Of a stretch of DNA of 64,000 bases, positions 30,341 to 41,029 are shown one piece after another. A program made the position numbers and the translations under genes. The notes under the pieces are model-generated. The model was not told the origin of the DNA. It saw only the letters and a list, made by a program, of their open reading frames with translations, and ran no database searches. Positions within the stretch are counted from its first letter, which is position 1. Each line of letters begins with the position of its first letter. The DNA comes from Nitrosopumilus sp. (GTDB lineage Archaea; Thermoproteota; Nitrososphaeria; Nitrososphaerales; Nitrosopumilaceae). The stretch spans positions 1,472,001-1,536,000 of the forward strand of contig OZ241857.1 in the NCBI GenBank assembly GCA_965203315.1, in the 5' to 3' direction.

Positions 30341-31803
30341 GAGCTCTGTTCAATGAATATTTTTGCAATATGATGGTTTAGTGGTGGTTTAGATGAAAAC
30401 ACATCAGATGTGCAATTTGGAATCAATTTCACATTAAAATTAAAGCTTGTTGTACTGAAATGTTGTTTTTTACTACAAAATGAACAAGATTCTGACAATC
30501 AAAAGTTAGAAATCATTAAAAAAATCAAAGGTTTGCAAGTATTTGTTTTTTAATTATTCGCAAGTTATGTGCGGCAACCCTAAATAACAATTCTTGAACC
30601 ATGTGTTCCCACAATATCGATTTTAGACCTTCGCCAAACAGACGCTTCATTGTAGAAAATACACCTTCCGATGCAGAGCGCTCACCATAACCGTTTTTTC
30701 TCCCCCATCTTGCTTGATTTTTTAATCTATCTTTTTTTGTGATCTTTGTTACATCTTTGCATTTTGAGCCAAAAGTTAACTGAATCTGAGCAGTTTTACT
30801 TCTAACAGTTTCAAGATATGTTTTGGCAGTGTATCTTGTTGGAATTATTGGTTTAATCCCACGCTTTTTACAGTACTCAAAGATTTCAACTGTGTCGTAG
30901 CCTTTATCAGCTAGAATTTTAATCTCTATGTCTTTAATATTACAACATTTTTGGAGCATACCAAGCGCAAATTCAACGAGTTCAATAAATTGAGATGAAT
31001 CTGCTTCAGAATCGGTTGTAATGGTACATCCCAGTATTGCCTTTGTTTTTACGTCTATGATTGGGTGTAATTTAACAAATCCTTTCTTCTTTACTTTGTC
31101 CTGTTCTTTCTCGAACCTAAACTCGATCCATCTACCGCCTGCGTGTTGTGTAAATCCAGAGGCATCCAGGGAAAGAATGACTTCTTTAAAATGATCTGCA
31201 ACTGCGATATCATTTAAAATGTCTACCTCCATGTCATTTATTCTAGTAAATAATGTAGTATAAGCTGGTATCTCGAAATCAGGAAAAAATCGTTTTAATT
31301 CGTCTTCTAATTCTCTATATGATAATCCTCGCTTAGCTCTTATCATTGCAGCACATCTCAAAAAAGAGTCTGAATAGGCGTATTGACCGCCACGTTTCTT
31401 TGCGTTCATCTTTTTTAATTCTTTACTAAACAGTTTTGCAAGTTCCTCAGTATCGATTACTCCAAATTCAAATAAGAACAAAACATATCTGACCGTTGAA
31501 CCATTACTAAGTTGCTTTGCTATTCTTCTTATTTTCTCTCTTTCTTTATTTTGAACTTTTTTATCTTTTAAAATTTTGAATTCTGACTTATTTTTACGTT
31601 TCAATATCTTGTAGAAAATAGATACCCTATATAGATCTTTTCATTTAATTTTAAAATTACATCACAAAAAATGAAATCATAATTAAAAGCAAACTAACGT
31701 GCAATTTAATTTCATAATCTCTAATCAGCTCCGAATTTGACGCAGTTGAGCATCAACTAATGAGAAATTTTGCAGTTTTGTGCCTATTCATTGAACAGAG
31801 CAC
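30341..31803 (-). mobile_element. IS5-family insertion sequence, 1463 bp, copy 2
   Basis: Same TIRs and identical transposase as copy 1; 6-bp TSD ATGCGT. Confidence 0.95.
30525..31604 (-). CDS. IS5-family DDE transposase (identical to 11148-12227)
   Basis: Identical translation in ORF track. Confidence 0.93.
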   Translation of the reverse strand: MKRKNKSEFKILKDKKVQNKEREKIRRIAKQLSNGSTVRYVLFLFEFGVIDTEELAKLFSKELKKMNAKKRGGQYAYSDSFLRCAAMIRAKRGLSYRELEDELKRFFPDFEIPAYTTLFTRINDMEVDILNDIAVADHFKEVILSLDASGFTQHAGGRWIEFRFEKEQDKVKKKGFVKLHPIIDVKTKAILGCTITTDSEADSSQFIELVEFALGMLQKCCNIKDIEIKILADKGYDTVEIFEYCKKRGIKPIIPTRYTAKTYLETVRSKTAQIQLTFGSKCKDVTKITKKDRLKNQARWGRKNGYGERSASEGVFSTMKRLFGEGLKSILWEHMVQELLFRVAAHNLRIIKKQILANL

Positions 31804-33759
31804 ATGCGTGATGTAATGTCTGTATCTCTCAATATTGGTATTGCATAGTAACCTATCTTTTCTATCCGTAGACGAGAATGTTGACCTGTCTTTCTACTTG
31901 TTGCTATGGGTAGATACTGAGTATCCTCGCGCAAAAATTTAAGGCATGGATATCCGCAAAACATCTCTACTTTGTACTTTTGAATTCCCCACACACGTCT
32001 ACCGATCATCTGTTCTGATTTATCTGGATCCCAATCTATGATATCGTACATATGTTCAGGTAGATTGTCATCTTGAATATACCACATCTCGTCATGTTTA
32101 TCATACCAGCAATTGTTGTAGATGTCTCTCTCTGGAATGTCATCTGGAGTTGAAAAGTTTGCTAATGTTATCCGGTTCTTGTCCCTCTCTATCAATTTTT
32201 CTTCTAGCAGATTATGTTCTAACACATTCTCATTTATGGGAGCACGTCCTCGAGGATTATCTGATCTCTTTAAGAGATATTTGATCCATTCATCATCACA
32301 CTCGTCTGTAAAATCTGGTAACGGTACATTCTCACACCACTCTTTGTACAAAATCGCAACGCGTTTGTCATAATATCGTAGAGCTTCGGCATGAGCTCTG
32401 TTCTCATTCCTTTCCCTCTCTGAAATCTCAGGATTATGTATGAATAACCTAACTGACATCGCCAACACTTCCAGATCTCTTATATCTTGTGTTGGAACAT
32501 AACCAGGTCCACTCCATATAGGACCATCAAGTGGTTTAACATTCTGAATCGTGTCTAAATTTTCAATCAAAAAATCATAGATCAGTTCGATCCTTTTAGC
32601 AAAGATACGTTGATTTATCTCTTCTCTAGTTAACGTAGATACAAGATCGATATCCCAACCATGTAACTTGCATGCCAAGATCAATTTTTTATCTAGTGAT
32701 AAAAATATGGGTGATGAAACACCAAAAACAAATTTGATGCAATTTGTGATATAGTTGTCTAAATCTTTATCCTCTTCTCTCGCTAGTTTATACAGCTCTT
32801 CACGTTCCAAATTTGAGTAATATTCATTCAACTCTGCAAACGTAGAGTCTCCAGTCAGATCATAACCTGCAAACTGTTGTTTGATCAGTAAAGACACAGA
32901 GTTACGATCAACATCTTTTGGTAGAGCTATCCTAAAGTGTCTAATGGGATCATAAAAGTTTGCTAGAGGATAGTCCCACTGCACATCAATACCATTACGA
33001 TAGATTCCAACATATGATACTAGTTCAAAGGACAAACTGTATAGTGCTCCAACATCTGCTTCAAAGATGATTCTAAAGTTTGTAATGTACAAGGTTCCAT
33101 GGTCTTTAATTTTAAGGGAGTCTTTGTACATCTCTTCAATATATTCATCAGGCTCGAGACATAGGTATCTCTCGTTCTCGGTGAACAATACTGGTCTTAA
33201 AAGCTCTTTAAAGATCTTGCTGCACAATTGTAAGGATGTAAATCTACGCCCAACTAGATCGTATGCGGCCATGTCACATTTGACCGGATTAGACCCATAA
33301 TTCTCTCTGATGTAATGTATTGTGATGCTGTTCTCTCTTGGTGTAATAGCTATAACTTCATCTAGATCTAGATCCAATCTGATTACTCTATTGTTGTATA
33401 CTCGGACTCTCTTGTTGGTGATCACCAAAACCTCATTGTCATTTAGTGTGGTTTTGATTATGATCTGCTCCTTTGCCACAACCCCACTATCTTGTGGAAC
33501 GATTTTAAGATTTTGGTTTGATGCGTTGACTATTCCTTTTGGGGGAGGGATTAAACCAACAGTTCTTCTAACCTGTTCTGTTACGTTGATGGAGATTGAG
33601 ACCTTGACGTTATCTCGAGGAATGCGCAGTATGTGACTCAAAACAGTAGAAAATCTACGTATCTTATGTGAGAGAATTTTGTGTAAAACCGCAATCTCTA
33701 CTGATTTAGCAGAACCAATCAAAGTACCTCTTAAATATCTCTTATGGTGAAGATAATAG

Positions 33760-34320
33760 ATGGATAAAATGAGTCTAGATGCTCTTGATACAATTTGCTT
33801 AACACTAGCTGCCAACAATAATGAAATTGAGGGCAGAACAGTTATTCAAAAACTCATCTATTTTGAAATGCAAAAGATAAAAGAAATAAACATTATGCCA
33901 CATCTTGCATACTATTATGGTCCCTTTAACAGTGAAGTTGCAGATGGTTTAGGAATGTTAGTTTACTTGGGTATCATAACTGAAAGAATAGTACCTGAAA
34001 CATATCCGACATGGGCATATAGAGTTGAAGGTGACAAGGGAAAATCAGTTATAGAAAAATTGAAAAGAGATAAACAGAATACATACAAAAAAATCAAAGA
34101 TGTTGTTCAGATATGTAAAGACTGCTGTTCATTAAAACAAAACCCATTGTCTATTGCAGCTAAAATTCACTATATATTTTTAGATGTAGAAACTAAAAAC
34201 ATGTTGTATAAAGACATAAGTGACGCAACAGAAAACTTTGGTTGGGAGATTACAGATGACGAAGTAGATTCTGGTGCACAGCTGTTAGAGCAACTTGATC
34301 TTGCCAGAATTAAGCGATAA
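33760..34320 (+). CDS. YwgA/Panacea-like winged-helix protein
   Basis: EGRTVIQKLIYF...YYYGPFNSEV...LSIAAKIHY. Confidence 0.75.
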   Translation: MDKMSLDALDTICLTLAANNNEIEGRTVIQKLIYFEMQKIKEINIMPHLAYYYGPFNSEVADGLGMLVYLGIITERIVPETYPTWAYRVEGDKGKSVIEKLKRDKQNTYKKIKDVVQICKDCCSLKQNPLSIAAKIHYIFLDVETKNMLYKDISDATENFGWEITDDEVDSGAQLLEQLDLARIKR

Positions 34321-34778
34321 AAATCACTTTGAATATAACTTTATACTAGACACACTTTACAGATTTATTAATTTATCAAAACCAGAAATAGAAATATTTA
34401 TGTCCACTAAAACCTCCCGTAAAAATAGTAATCTACAGAGCAATAGGAGTGAATGGAGAACAATACTTTGAACTACGTGATGGAACAAACACACAACAAT
34501 GATGGAATGTACCAACGAAAATAAGTTTTGACGTCAATAACGTGATCAAATCTCTATGAATCAAAATGTAAAGTTCAAACCTTTTTTACACTATAAAGAT
34601 AGCGTTTTTTAATTAATCAACATGGAGGTCGCTCATATTGATACATTGTTTATGTCGGAACTTATTTTTGGCGGTATATTGTGTTATTAAAAATAACATA
34701 TATCTAAAAATTCTAAATGTTCTATTGTGATGTAGCCTAGTAAACAAATACAATTAGAAACAAAATATAAATGTGAAC

Positions 34779-34925
34779 TTATTTTTGTCCTCGACTATGG
34801 TTGGTGGCTTTATCCTCTGTTCTTGTGCTGTTTTTTCTCTTGAGACCAGGTCTAATAGGCGCCTCCACACTACCATATATGTGGGTTGTTTTTTCTTTAT
34901 CGTTATCAGATTTTTCGCTTGTCAT
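34779..34925 (-). CDS. 48-aa small hydrophilic protein (below ORF-track cutoff)
   Basis: MTSEKSDNDKEKTTHIYGSVEAPIRPGLKRKNSTRTEDKATNHSRGQK*, with TTTTTATAT about 25 bp upstream. Confidence 0.5.
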   Translation of the reverse strand: MTSEKSDNDKEKTTHIYGSVEAPIRPGLKRKNSTRTEDKATNHSRGQK

Positions 34926-35117
34926 ACTTGTACAAGGCAGCTATCATATAAAAATTCTATGATATATGGTTAAGTGTCGTAACGTGGGAGTTTGGTGGGA
35001 AGAAACTCAAAATTACCTGCTTAGTCAATCCATGAGTCGCACACTGAAATCTCCAACTCTAGGATCACAGAACCAACACAATCAATCTTTATTTACTGTA
35101 TATGTCTATATCGTACA

Positions 35118-35366
35118 ATGGCCTCTTGTGACAGACGCACTCATGCATACAAGAACGGTAGAACACTAGAGCAGTGTAGAGATATAGCCGAGGCTCTGAA
35201 TCCTATCTTTAAGGAGCAGATCAAGATCAATGGCAAGATACTCTGGACAGATATACTCGAGCAGGTGAAACATGACGAGTTGGTGTACAAGTTTACGCTA
35301 AAGTTTCTTAGGCGTGATGGATACGATATCGGCAACTACAAGATCCCTGAAGTAAAACTAGTCTAG
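35118..35366 (+). CDS. Conserved hypothetical protein
   Basis: 82-aa ORF with host-like codon usage. Confidence 0.75.
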   Translation: MASCDRRTHAYKNGRTLEQCRDIAEALNPIFKEQIKINGKILWTDILEQVKHDELVYKFTLKFLRRDGYDIGNYKIPEVKLV

Positions 35367-36152
35367 TACACATGTATCTCGTAGCCTCTTTGCCATGATA
35401 TATGGTGTAACGAGCAATACGGGAATCGAGACTGCGATAAATACCGTCTGTAGCTGTGTAAGCGCAATAGATAGTGCTATTCCACTTGCTGTACCCACAA
35501 ATATGGATAGAAATGTTCCCGCACATGTAGGACATGCAATAAAGAGTCCTGTTGCAGCACCCAGTATGCCGACTCCTCGCTCTCTATTTGATATAGTGTA
35601 TGCATTTACAACTATTGCTGCATTTAGTGCAACCAAATACGATACAATAACCTGTAGTACCAAGTTTATTGGAATTATCTGCAATCCTACATGTTCTGTA
35701 AGATATACTATGACTTTGGGCATATATCCAGGATCATCACAACATGGGGCAACAAACCCTGATGGGATTACAGCTCCATAGTGTATCACAAAGTTGACCT
35801 CTGGTTGATACACTAGAGTCCCTGACACCAAAGCAAAGAATATTCCATATATCACAAACGTTACAACAAACACCTTCTTTGATCTCTTGTTGGATACCAG
35901 TATGGCAATAGTACTCAACATATCGTTCTTGCCTTGTTTGATCTTTGTTTTTTGGTATCTGTATAATCCAAAAGAGATGGCACCGAGTGCAGCAATCAAT
36001 GTGATGTAAAATCCATATGCGATTCGTTGAATCGAGTCTATGGCACTAGGCGTCAGCAGTTCTGGATCCTGATACCTCCCATACAACACAAACAGTACAG
36101 CAATGACAACAAACCCTAAAACGATCAACTCTCTGCCTGAACGACCGATCAT
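35358..36152 (-). CDS. Polytopic membrane protein with CC and CPTC motifs
   Basis: Multiple TM segments; APCCDDPG and IACPTCAG. Confidence 0.8.
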   Translation of the reverse strand: MIGRSGRELIVLGFVVIAVLFVLYGRYQDPELLTPSAIDSIQRIAYGFYITLIAALGAISFGLYRYQKTKIKQGKNDMLSTIAILVSNKRSKKVFVVTFVIYGIFFALVSGTLVYQPEVNFVIHYGAVIPSGFVAPCCDDPGYMPKVIVYLTEHVGLQIIPINLVLQVIVSYLVALNAAIVVNAYTISNRERGVGILGAATGLFIACPTCAGTFLSIFVGTASGIALSIALTQLQTVFIAVSIPVLLVTPYIMAKRLRDTCVLD

Positions 36153-36187
36153 GATATATGATATTTCATAATGAGATTAAATTCTAT

Positions 36188-38020
36188 CTAGCTGAGCCTT
36201 GGTAGAAATATGTACAGTATTGCTATGATCTCTAGCCTACCAAATATCATCAAGAACCCTAACACGATCTTTGTTGCAGGATCTGTCTCAAAGTCGATCA
36301 CACCTGTAGAGAGTCCTCCTGTAGTGATCACACCTACTGCCTCAAAGAATGCATCGTTGTATGATGCACCGGTGATTGCTGCTAGATGTGCTCCTGTTAC
36401 CGCTGCTATTATGGGAAACAGTCCGACAATTATCAATGTTGATATGATCTCTTTTCGTGTCTGTTCAGAGACCCCCATTCGTTTTATTGTAAGAAACTTT
36501 AGACTGTCCTTTAGATGAAACAGTCTAAATATCTTCAAACCACCAGCTGTGGAGAATCCACAACCACCTACAAACATTAGAATTATGAGTATCGCATATG
36601 CCGAGTCTCCTAGTCCTAGATTGCTTATGTTATCTTCTTGTAGCCCTGCAGTAGAGCTTGCTGATACGACATAGAATGCACTATTTACTAACTCACCACC
36701 ACCTGTACCATAAAGTAGAATTATCGAACCAACAAGTATTGCAAAGTATGTTAAAACCTCCTTGCCGAGTTTTGGCGCAAGAAACTTTTTCCGTACAAAC
36801 GCATAGTGAAATGTAAATGGTAGTGCACCAAGTATCATTGCACCCATTAAGACTAGACGTTCTTGCCATATCAACTCTTCCAAGATGTACGATGTTGGTA
36901 CAAATCCTCCTGTCGCCAAAGTACTCATTGCGAGCGAAAAGTAATCGAGTAACTCTATTCGTTCAGAGTCATTTGACTCTCCAAATATAAACAACAACAT
37001 TGCAACGATTACAATATACAGAGAAAAGATCACCGCAATGGTAGAGAATAACTCTTTCATGTGTAGCGTTCTTCCAGATATGAATCCACGCATAGCTTGA
37101 AGTTTCGATTCCGGATAAAATGCAGTAATTACTAGATATATGAAACTCATGCCTCCTACTAGCTGTGTATAACTTCTATAGAAGGTAAAACTCTGAGTTA
37201 GGCTCTCTGGTTCATCAAACAGTGATATTCCTCCTGTTGTAAATCCAGCTGCGCTAGAAAAGAAAGCATTACCAAATACCTCGACATTCGTCTCATCACT
37301 GGGAAATACATACAGATACGGTACAGTTCCAAACAGTGACAGCAGAAATAGACTTGCAAATACTAGGATCGAGGCTTGCTGTAAATTCAAGCTAGATTTT
37401 TCGCCATATGAGTTTAGAAAGAAACCGGTAACAAGCAACAAGACTGTAGTAAGATATATGCCAGTAGCTGTAAGCGTATCCTCGAGTATGGTTGAGACTA
37501 TAGCTGGAACCAGTAGCAAGACCCCAGCAAACTGTAGTACAAATCCTAGATTTCCTAGAACAGACTTTACTGGCGGACTAAGGAGTCTTGGTGACGTTGT
37601 AGCTGCTTCACGAATGACATCGGCTATAGTAGTTTGAAATATTATTCCAACTACATTGTTCTTTGAGACTATGGGTAGTTTTCTAATGTGATTGTCTCGC
37701 ATCTTGTGTAGTGCGATCTGTAAGGTCGTCTTTTCTCCTATGGTGATCAGCGGTGTATGCATTATGTCTTTTAGTGAGGTAACCTCTGCATGTACAGTAA
37801 CATCACTGACTTTGTTGAGGATATCTTCGTCGGTTACGATTCCTACCGGCACGCCACTGTGATCGGTTACTATAATATCATCTGTCTCGTAGCGCTGTAG
37901 CATTCTTGTAGCATCACGCGTTAGTGTATTCTCGTCTAGTATTAGAACATCTTTGTTCATATACTCAGAGACATACTTGTTTAGCACGTATGATACCGAC
38001 TTTTCTGGGTTGCTTGACAT
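36188..38020 (-). CDS. trkH: CBS-domain TrkH-type potassium uptake protein
   Basis: N-terminal CBS pair; pore loops FTTGG, ATGGF, STAGL, TTGGL; GRLE motif. Confidence 0.9.
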   Translation of the reverse strand: MSSNPEKSVSYVLNKYVSEYMNKDVLILDENTLTRDATRMLQRYETDDIIVTDHSGVPVGIVTDEDILNKVSDVTVHAEVTSLKDIMHTPLITIGEKTTLQIALHKMRDNHIRKLPIVSKNNVVGIIFQTTIADVIREAATTSPRLLSPPVKSVLGNLGFVLQFAGVLLLVPAIVSTILEDTLTATGIYLTTVLLLVTGFFLNSYGEKSSLNLQQASILVFASLFLLSLFGTVPYLYVFPSDETNVEVFGNAFFSSAAGFTTGGISLFDEPESLTQSFTFYRSYTQLVGGMSFIYLVITAFYPESKLQAMRGFISGRTLHMKELFSTIAVIFSLYIVIVAMLLFIFGESNDSERIELLDYFSLAMSTLATGGFVPTSYILEELIWQERLVLMGAMILGALPFTFHYAFVRKKFLAPKLGKEVLTYFAILVGSIILLYGTGGGELVNSAFYVVSASSTAGLQEDNISNLGLGDSAYAILIILMFVGGCGFSTAGGLKIFRLFHLKDSLKFLTIKRMGVSEQTRKEIISTLIIVGLFPIIAAVTGAHLAAITGASYNDAFFEAVGVITTGGLSTGVIDFETDPATKIVLGFLMIFGRLEIIAILYIFLPRLS

Positions 38021-38112
38021 CAAGCTATTCTTGATCGTGTATTTTAAATAATTTGGTATTGTGTGGTTTGATACTAAAACACCCTTTATTGTTTCTAAAT
38101 ACTGTTTTAAAC

Positions 38113-38220
38113 CGATCTTTTCGGTTTACGTGGGATAGAATAGTTGCAGAAAACACTACGATTCTAAGTGGATCGTGGGAAAAAGCCTTACGAAATACCA
38201 TAAGTAAACCGAAAATATCC
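38113..38220. mobile_element. IS6-derived MITE copy 2
   Basis: cGATCTTTTCGGTTTACGTGGGAT ... GTAAACCGAAAATATCC. Confidence 0.85.
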
Positions 38221-38540
38221 CAATACAGACTAAGTTTTAAATAGTCTTCAAGTATGATGATCCTGTTGTCCTTGGATGCATTTGACACAATTTGTTTAAC
38301 GTTGGCTGCTAACAGTAATGAGATTAGAGGCCGAACAACAATTCATAAATTAATCTATTTCGAGATGCAACAAATTTCAGAAATAAAAATTAATCCACAT
38401 ATTGCATATTATTATGACCATTTAACAGTCAAGTTGCGGTAGAGTTAGAAAATTTGGTTTATTTAGATGTTATAAGCGAAAAAAGATTATTGTCGAGCTA
38501 TCCTACATATGAATATAAACTTGAAGAGAAAGGGATAGAG

Positions 38541-40040
38541 GGATCTTTTCGATTTACGTTGGATGGATTTTTTACAGACTCATCATTGCAAGACTTGATG
38601 GAATTATTGAAACGAAATATTCACACTTTGTATTAAAATGTCAATAAAAAAGCACTTGTTATTTAATTCTGTTAGAATTTACTAGACAAATTTAAAATTA
38701 TACAGAGTTTTCACTGCGTTCAGTATTAATGTACGCCATTTATTGACTCCTTTTACAATAATTCTAGCTCTGTCGGCTGGTGTGTCATTGTTTAAACCCA
38801 TATGTGGTCTAATGTAATTGTAATGTATTCTAATTCCACGAATGAGAAAAGCGTTTTTGAAGCCTTTGATTTTTTGTTCAACATGTCTAAACTTTCCATT
38901 AAAACTCTCAATCTCATTGTTGTGTACATGATCACCTGCCATGTGAATTTCTCTAATGTGAATAGATGACTTGCCTGATTTTGCTTTTGCAAATATCTTC
39001 TTAAACGATGATTCATAGCAAGCTGCGCCATCAGTTATCAGTACAGACGGTGTTTTTTGTGCAATCTTTTCTGCCTCTTTAAATAATTTATTGACTTGTG
39101 CTTTATTTTTCTTCTTGCCAACTTGACTGCCTAGCCAAAACCTTGTTTTACGATCCAGCATCGCAAAGAGATAATGCAGTTTGCCATTGATCTCGAACCA
39201 CACTTCATCAGCATGAAATATCTCACCAACTTGAGGTGCGAGTGTTGAGATGTACTCGTCCATCAATTTGACGTATCTTATAGTCCAGTCGTGGATGGTG
39301 GTACGCCCAACTTTGACACCTTTCTTTGCCAAAAATTGTACGACTTCACTCAAGCTAGATCCTGTAAGATGTAAATGTATTGCATCAGTTACATGCTCTG
39401 GTGACGCGGCTAGTCCCTCAAATCCCACATTTCCAGAAAACGATACCTCGCATATCTTGCAGTAATATTTTTGATTATCATAATTTTTGTTAGGTCTGAT
39501 GCCATTTTTTACAGTCTTTAGAGTGCCACAGTATTTACAACAAATCTTACCATCATTTAGTGACTCTAGCGTAGTTTCTTTTGTTTTTGTCCCAACCTCC
39601 ACTACGATATCAACCATTTTGACATGTTTGCATCTCTTTTTTCCAAACTTGTAGCCTTTACAAGTGCAAAACCAATTTCCTGGTTCACCCATAACATCGT
39701 ATGTTTCATCTCCTGTTTGAATCTTGACTTTGTAGTGGTTATCTTGTACTTTTTTGACACACTTGCACATTTCTAAATACTCTTTTGTAGCATCAGACAT
39801 GCGGATTTGCTCTAGATTTTGCTTCACATGTGTAGTAGAAATATACTAGTATATACTACTTTTTTTAAAAAAAGTTAATTTTTTAGTTAAAAAAATTTTA
39901 TTCATTTAAAGTTTTCTATCATATGTTGAATTACAAACAGAAATCTAGCAAATATCACACAATTGCTTTATTTTTGAAGTGTTGAGTAGTTTTGGGAAAA
40001 AGTCGTCTAAAAAACCATCCAACGTAAATCGAATAGATCC
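38541..40040 (-). mobile_element. IS6-family insertion sequence, 1500 bp
   Basis: 26-bp TIRs GGATCT(T/A)TTCGATTTACGTTGGATGG with 1 mismatch; 8-bp TSD GGATAGAG. Confidence 0.93.
38682..39827 (-). CDS. IS6/IS240-type DDE transposase with N-terminal SWIM and Zn-ribbon domains
   Basis: CTC...CKH (SWIM), CKYC..CKIC, HADEVW, YLFAMLD, ITDG, NNEIE, YNYIRPH..L..TPA; GTG start. Confidence 0.9.
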   Translation of the reverse strand: MKQNLEQIRMSDATKEYLEMCKCVKKVQDNHYKVKIQTGDETYDVMGEPGNWFCTCKGYKFGKKRCKHVKMVDIVVEVGTKTKETTLESLNDGKICCKYCGTLKTVKNGIRPNKNYDNQKYYCKICEVSFSGNVGFEGLAASPEHVTDAIHLHLTGSSLSEVVQFLAKKGVKVGRTTIHDWTIRYVKLMDEYISTLAPQVGEIFHADEVWFEINGKLHYLFAMLDRKTRFWLGSQVGKKKNKAQVNKLFKEAEKIAQKTPSVLITDGAACYESSFKKIFAKAKSGKSSIHIREIHMAGDHVHNNEIESFNGKFRHVEQKIKGFKNAFLIRGIRIHYNYIRPHMGLNNDTPADRARIIVKGVNKWRTLILNAVKTLYNFKFV

Positions 40041-40516
40041 GGATAGAGACTACAGACACACTGATAGAAAGTAATGAAAAATCATATAGAAAAATTAAAA
40101 AGATTGTTGAAACATGTAGGGAATATTGTTCGTTAAAGCAAAATCCATTATCAATAGCAGCAAAAATCCATTACATTCTCTCAAAAAAGAACGTAAAGAA
40201 GGAATAACTCCTTATAAAGTAATCAAAATGTCCAGGACTTTTGATTGGAACATCTCAAAACCAGATATCGAATCTGGCACAAAGCTATTAGGAAAACTCA
40301 ATCTTGTCAGAATTAAGTGATAAAAGATAAGTACAAATCAATAAGAGCCTAGAATTGATTGCTTTTACAAATTTACAGATTATTTTTCCAAATAACATAA
40401 CTCAATATTTAGTAAGCACTGTCTTAGTTGTTCATAACCATGGGCGAATTTAACTACAATGTTAATTGATTCTAAATTTCACAATAATTGCTTAGAGGCT
40501 ATAGGCATCTAATCAT

Positions 40517-41029
40517 CTATTGTTTTGCAATTGATATGAGATTTTCGTAAAAATGCTTAAAAGATTCATTATGTTGTTTGGCCTTTTCAACATCAAAAGT
40601 TTTTAGAATTTCTAGACTTTTTTTCTCACTATTTCGTCTAGTACCTCCGGTCAACTCTATGAATTTCTCCTTGTTGATATCTTTAGTATTTTTTATAAAT
40701 TGGTTTTTGTAATTAATTTTTGAACCAGATATGTACCAGCTTTCAATACATTTATTGACTATTATTATACGATCTTTACTAATGCTAAACTCTTTGTTTC
40801 TCTTCTGTATCTTGTTTTCAATCGAATCTGAATTTTTATCAACCAACATTACATGATATTCGTTATTGTTTTTATTTTTCTCAATTAATGAGTTAATGTC
40901 TTTATTAAGAGATTCAGCATATTTTAAAATTCTTGGAGTAAAATTACTAAAACACTTTCTCAAAATGAATTCCACAAAGAGCTTATCTGTGTTGCCTTCT
41001 ACATATACAAATAAATCATTTGTTTTCAT
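40517..41029 (-). CDS. TOPRIM-like protein (DUF4276/DUF4435/RloB-like)
   Basis: VYVEGNTD, hhhD and CIESWY motifs; coupled to the ATPase gene. Confidence 0.7.
   Translation of the reverse strand: MKTNDLFVYVEGNTDKLFVEFILRKCFSNFTPRILKYAESLNKDINSLIEKNKNNNEYHVMLVDKNSDSIENKIQKRNKEFSISKDRIIIVNKCIESWYISGSKINYKNQFIKNTKDINKEKFIELTGGTRRNSEKKSLEILKTFDVEKAKQHNESFKHFYENLISIAKQ

Larger units (their letters stand above)
30061..33641 (-). pseudogene. About 700-aa protein with tandem PH/GRAM-like N-terminal domains, interrupted by IS5 copy 2
   Basis: Removing the IS and one TSD joins ...DITSRM to GTKHGVLEY...KRYE* in frame; LVITNKRV and GTLYITNFRIIFE motifs; start position uncertain. Confidence 0.8.
38254..40320 (+). 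pseudogene. Paralogue of 33760-34320, frameshifted twice and interrupted by the IS6-family element
   Basis: LSLDAFDTICLTLAAN.NEIRGRT.IHKLIYFEMQ, then after the IS CSLKQNPLSIAAKIHY and LNLVRIK*; 1-bp deletion near 38417. Confidence 0.9.

Noticed and set aside
30061-30498. ORF-track 145-aa protein (and 10909-11121)
   Set aside because: Chimera of IS end sequence with the interrupted target; not an independent gene
33642-33818. 5' extension of ORF 31788-33818
   Set aside because: Overlaps the divergent gene at 33760 and its promoter region; likely non-coding open frame
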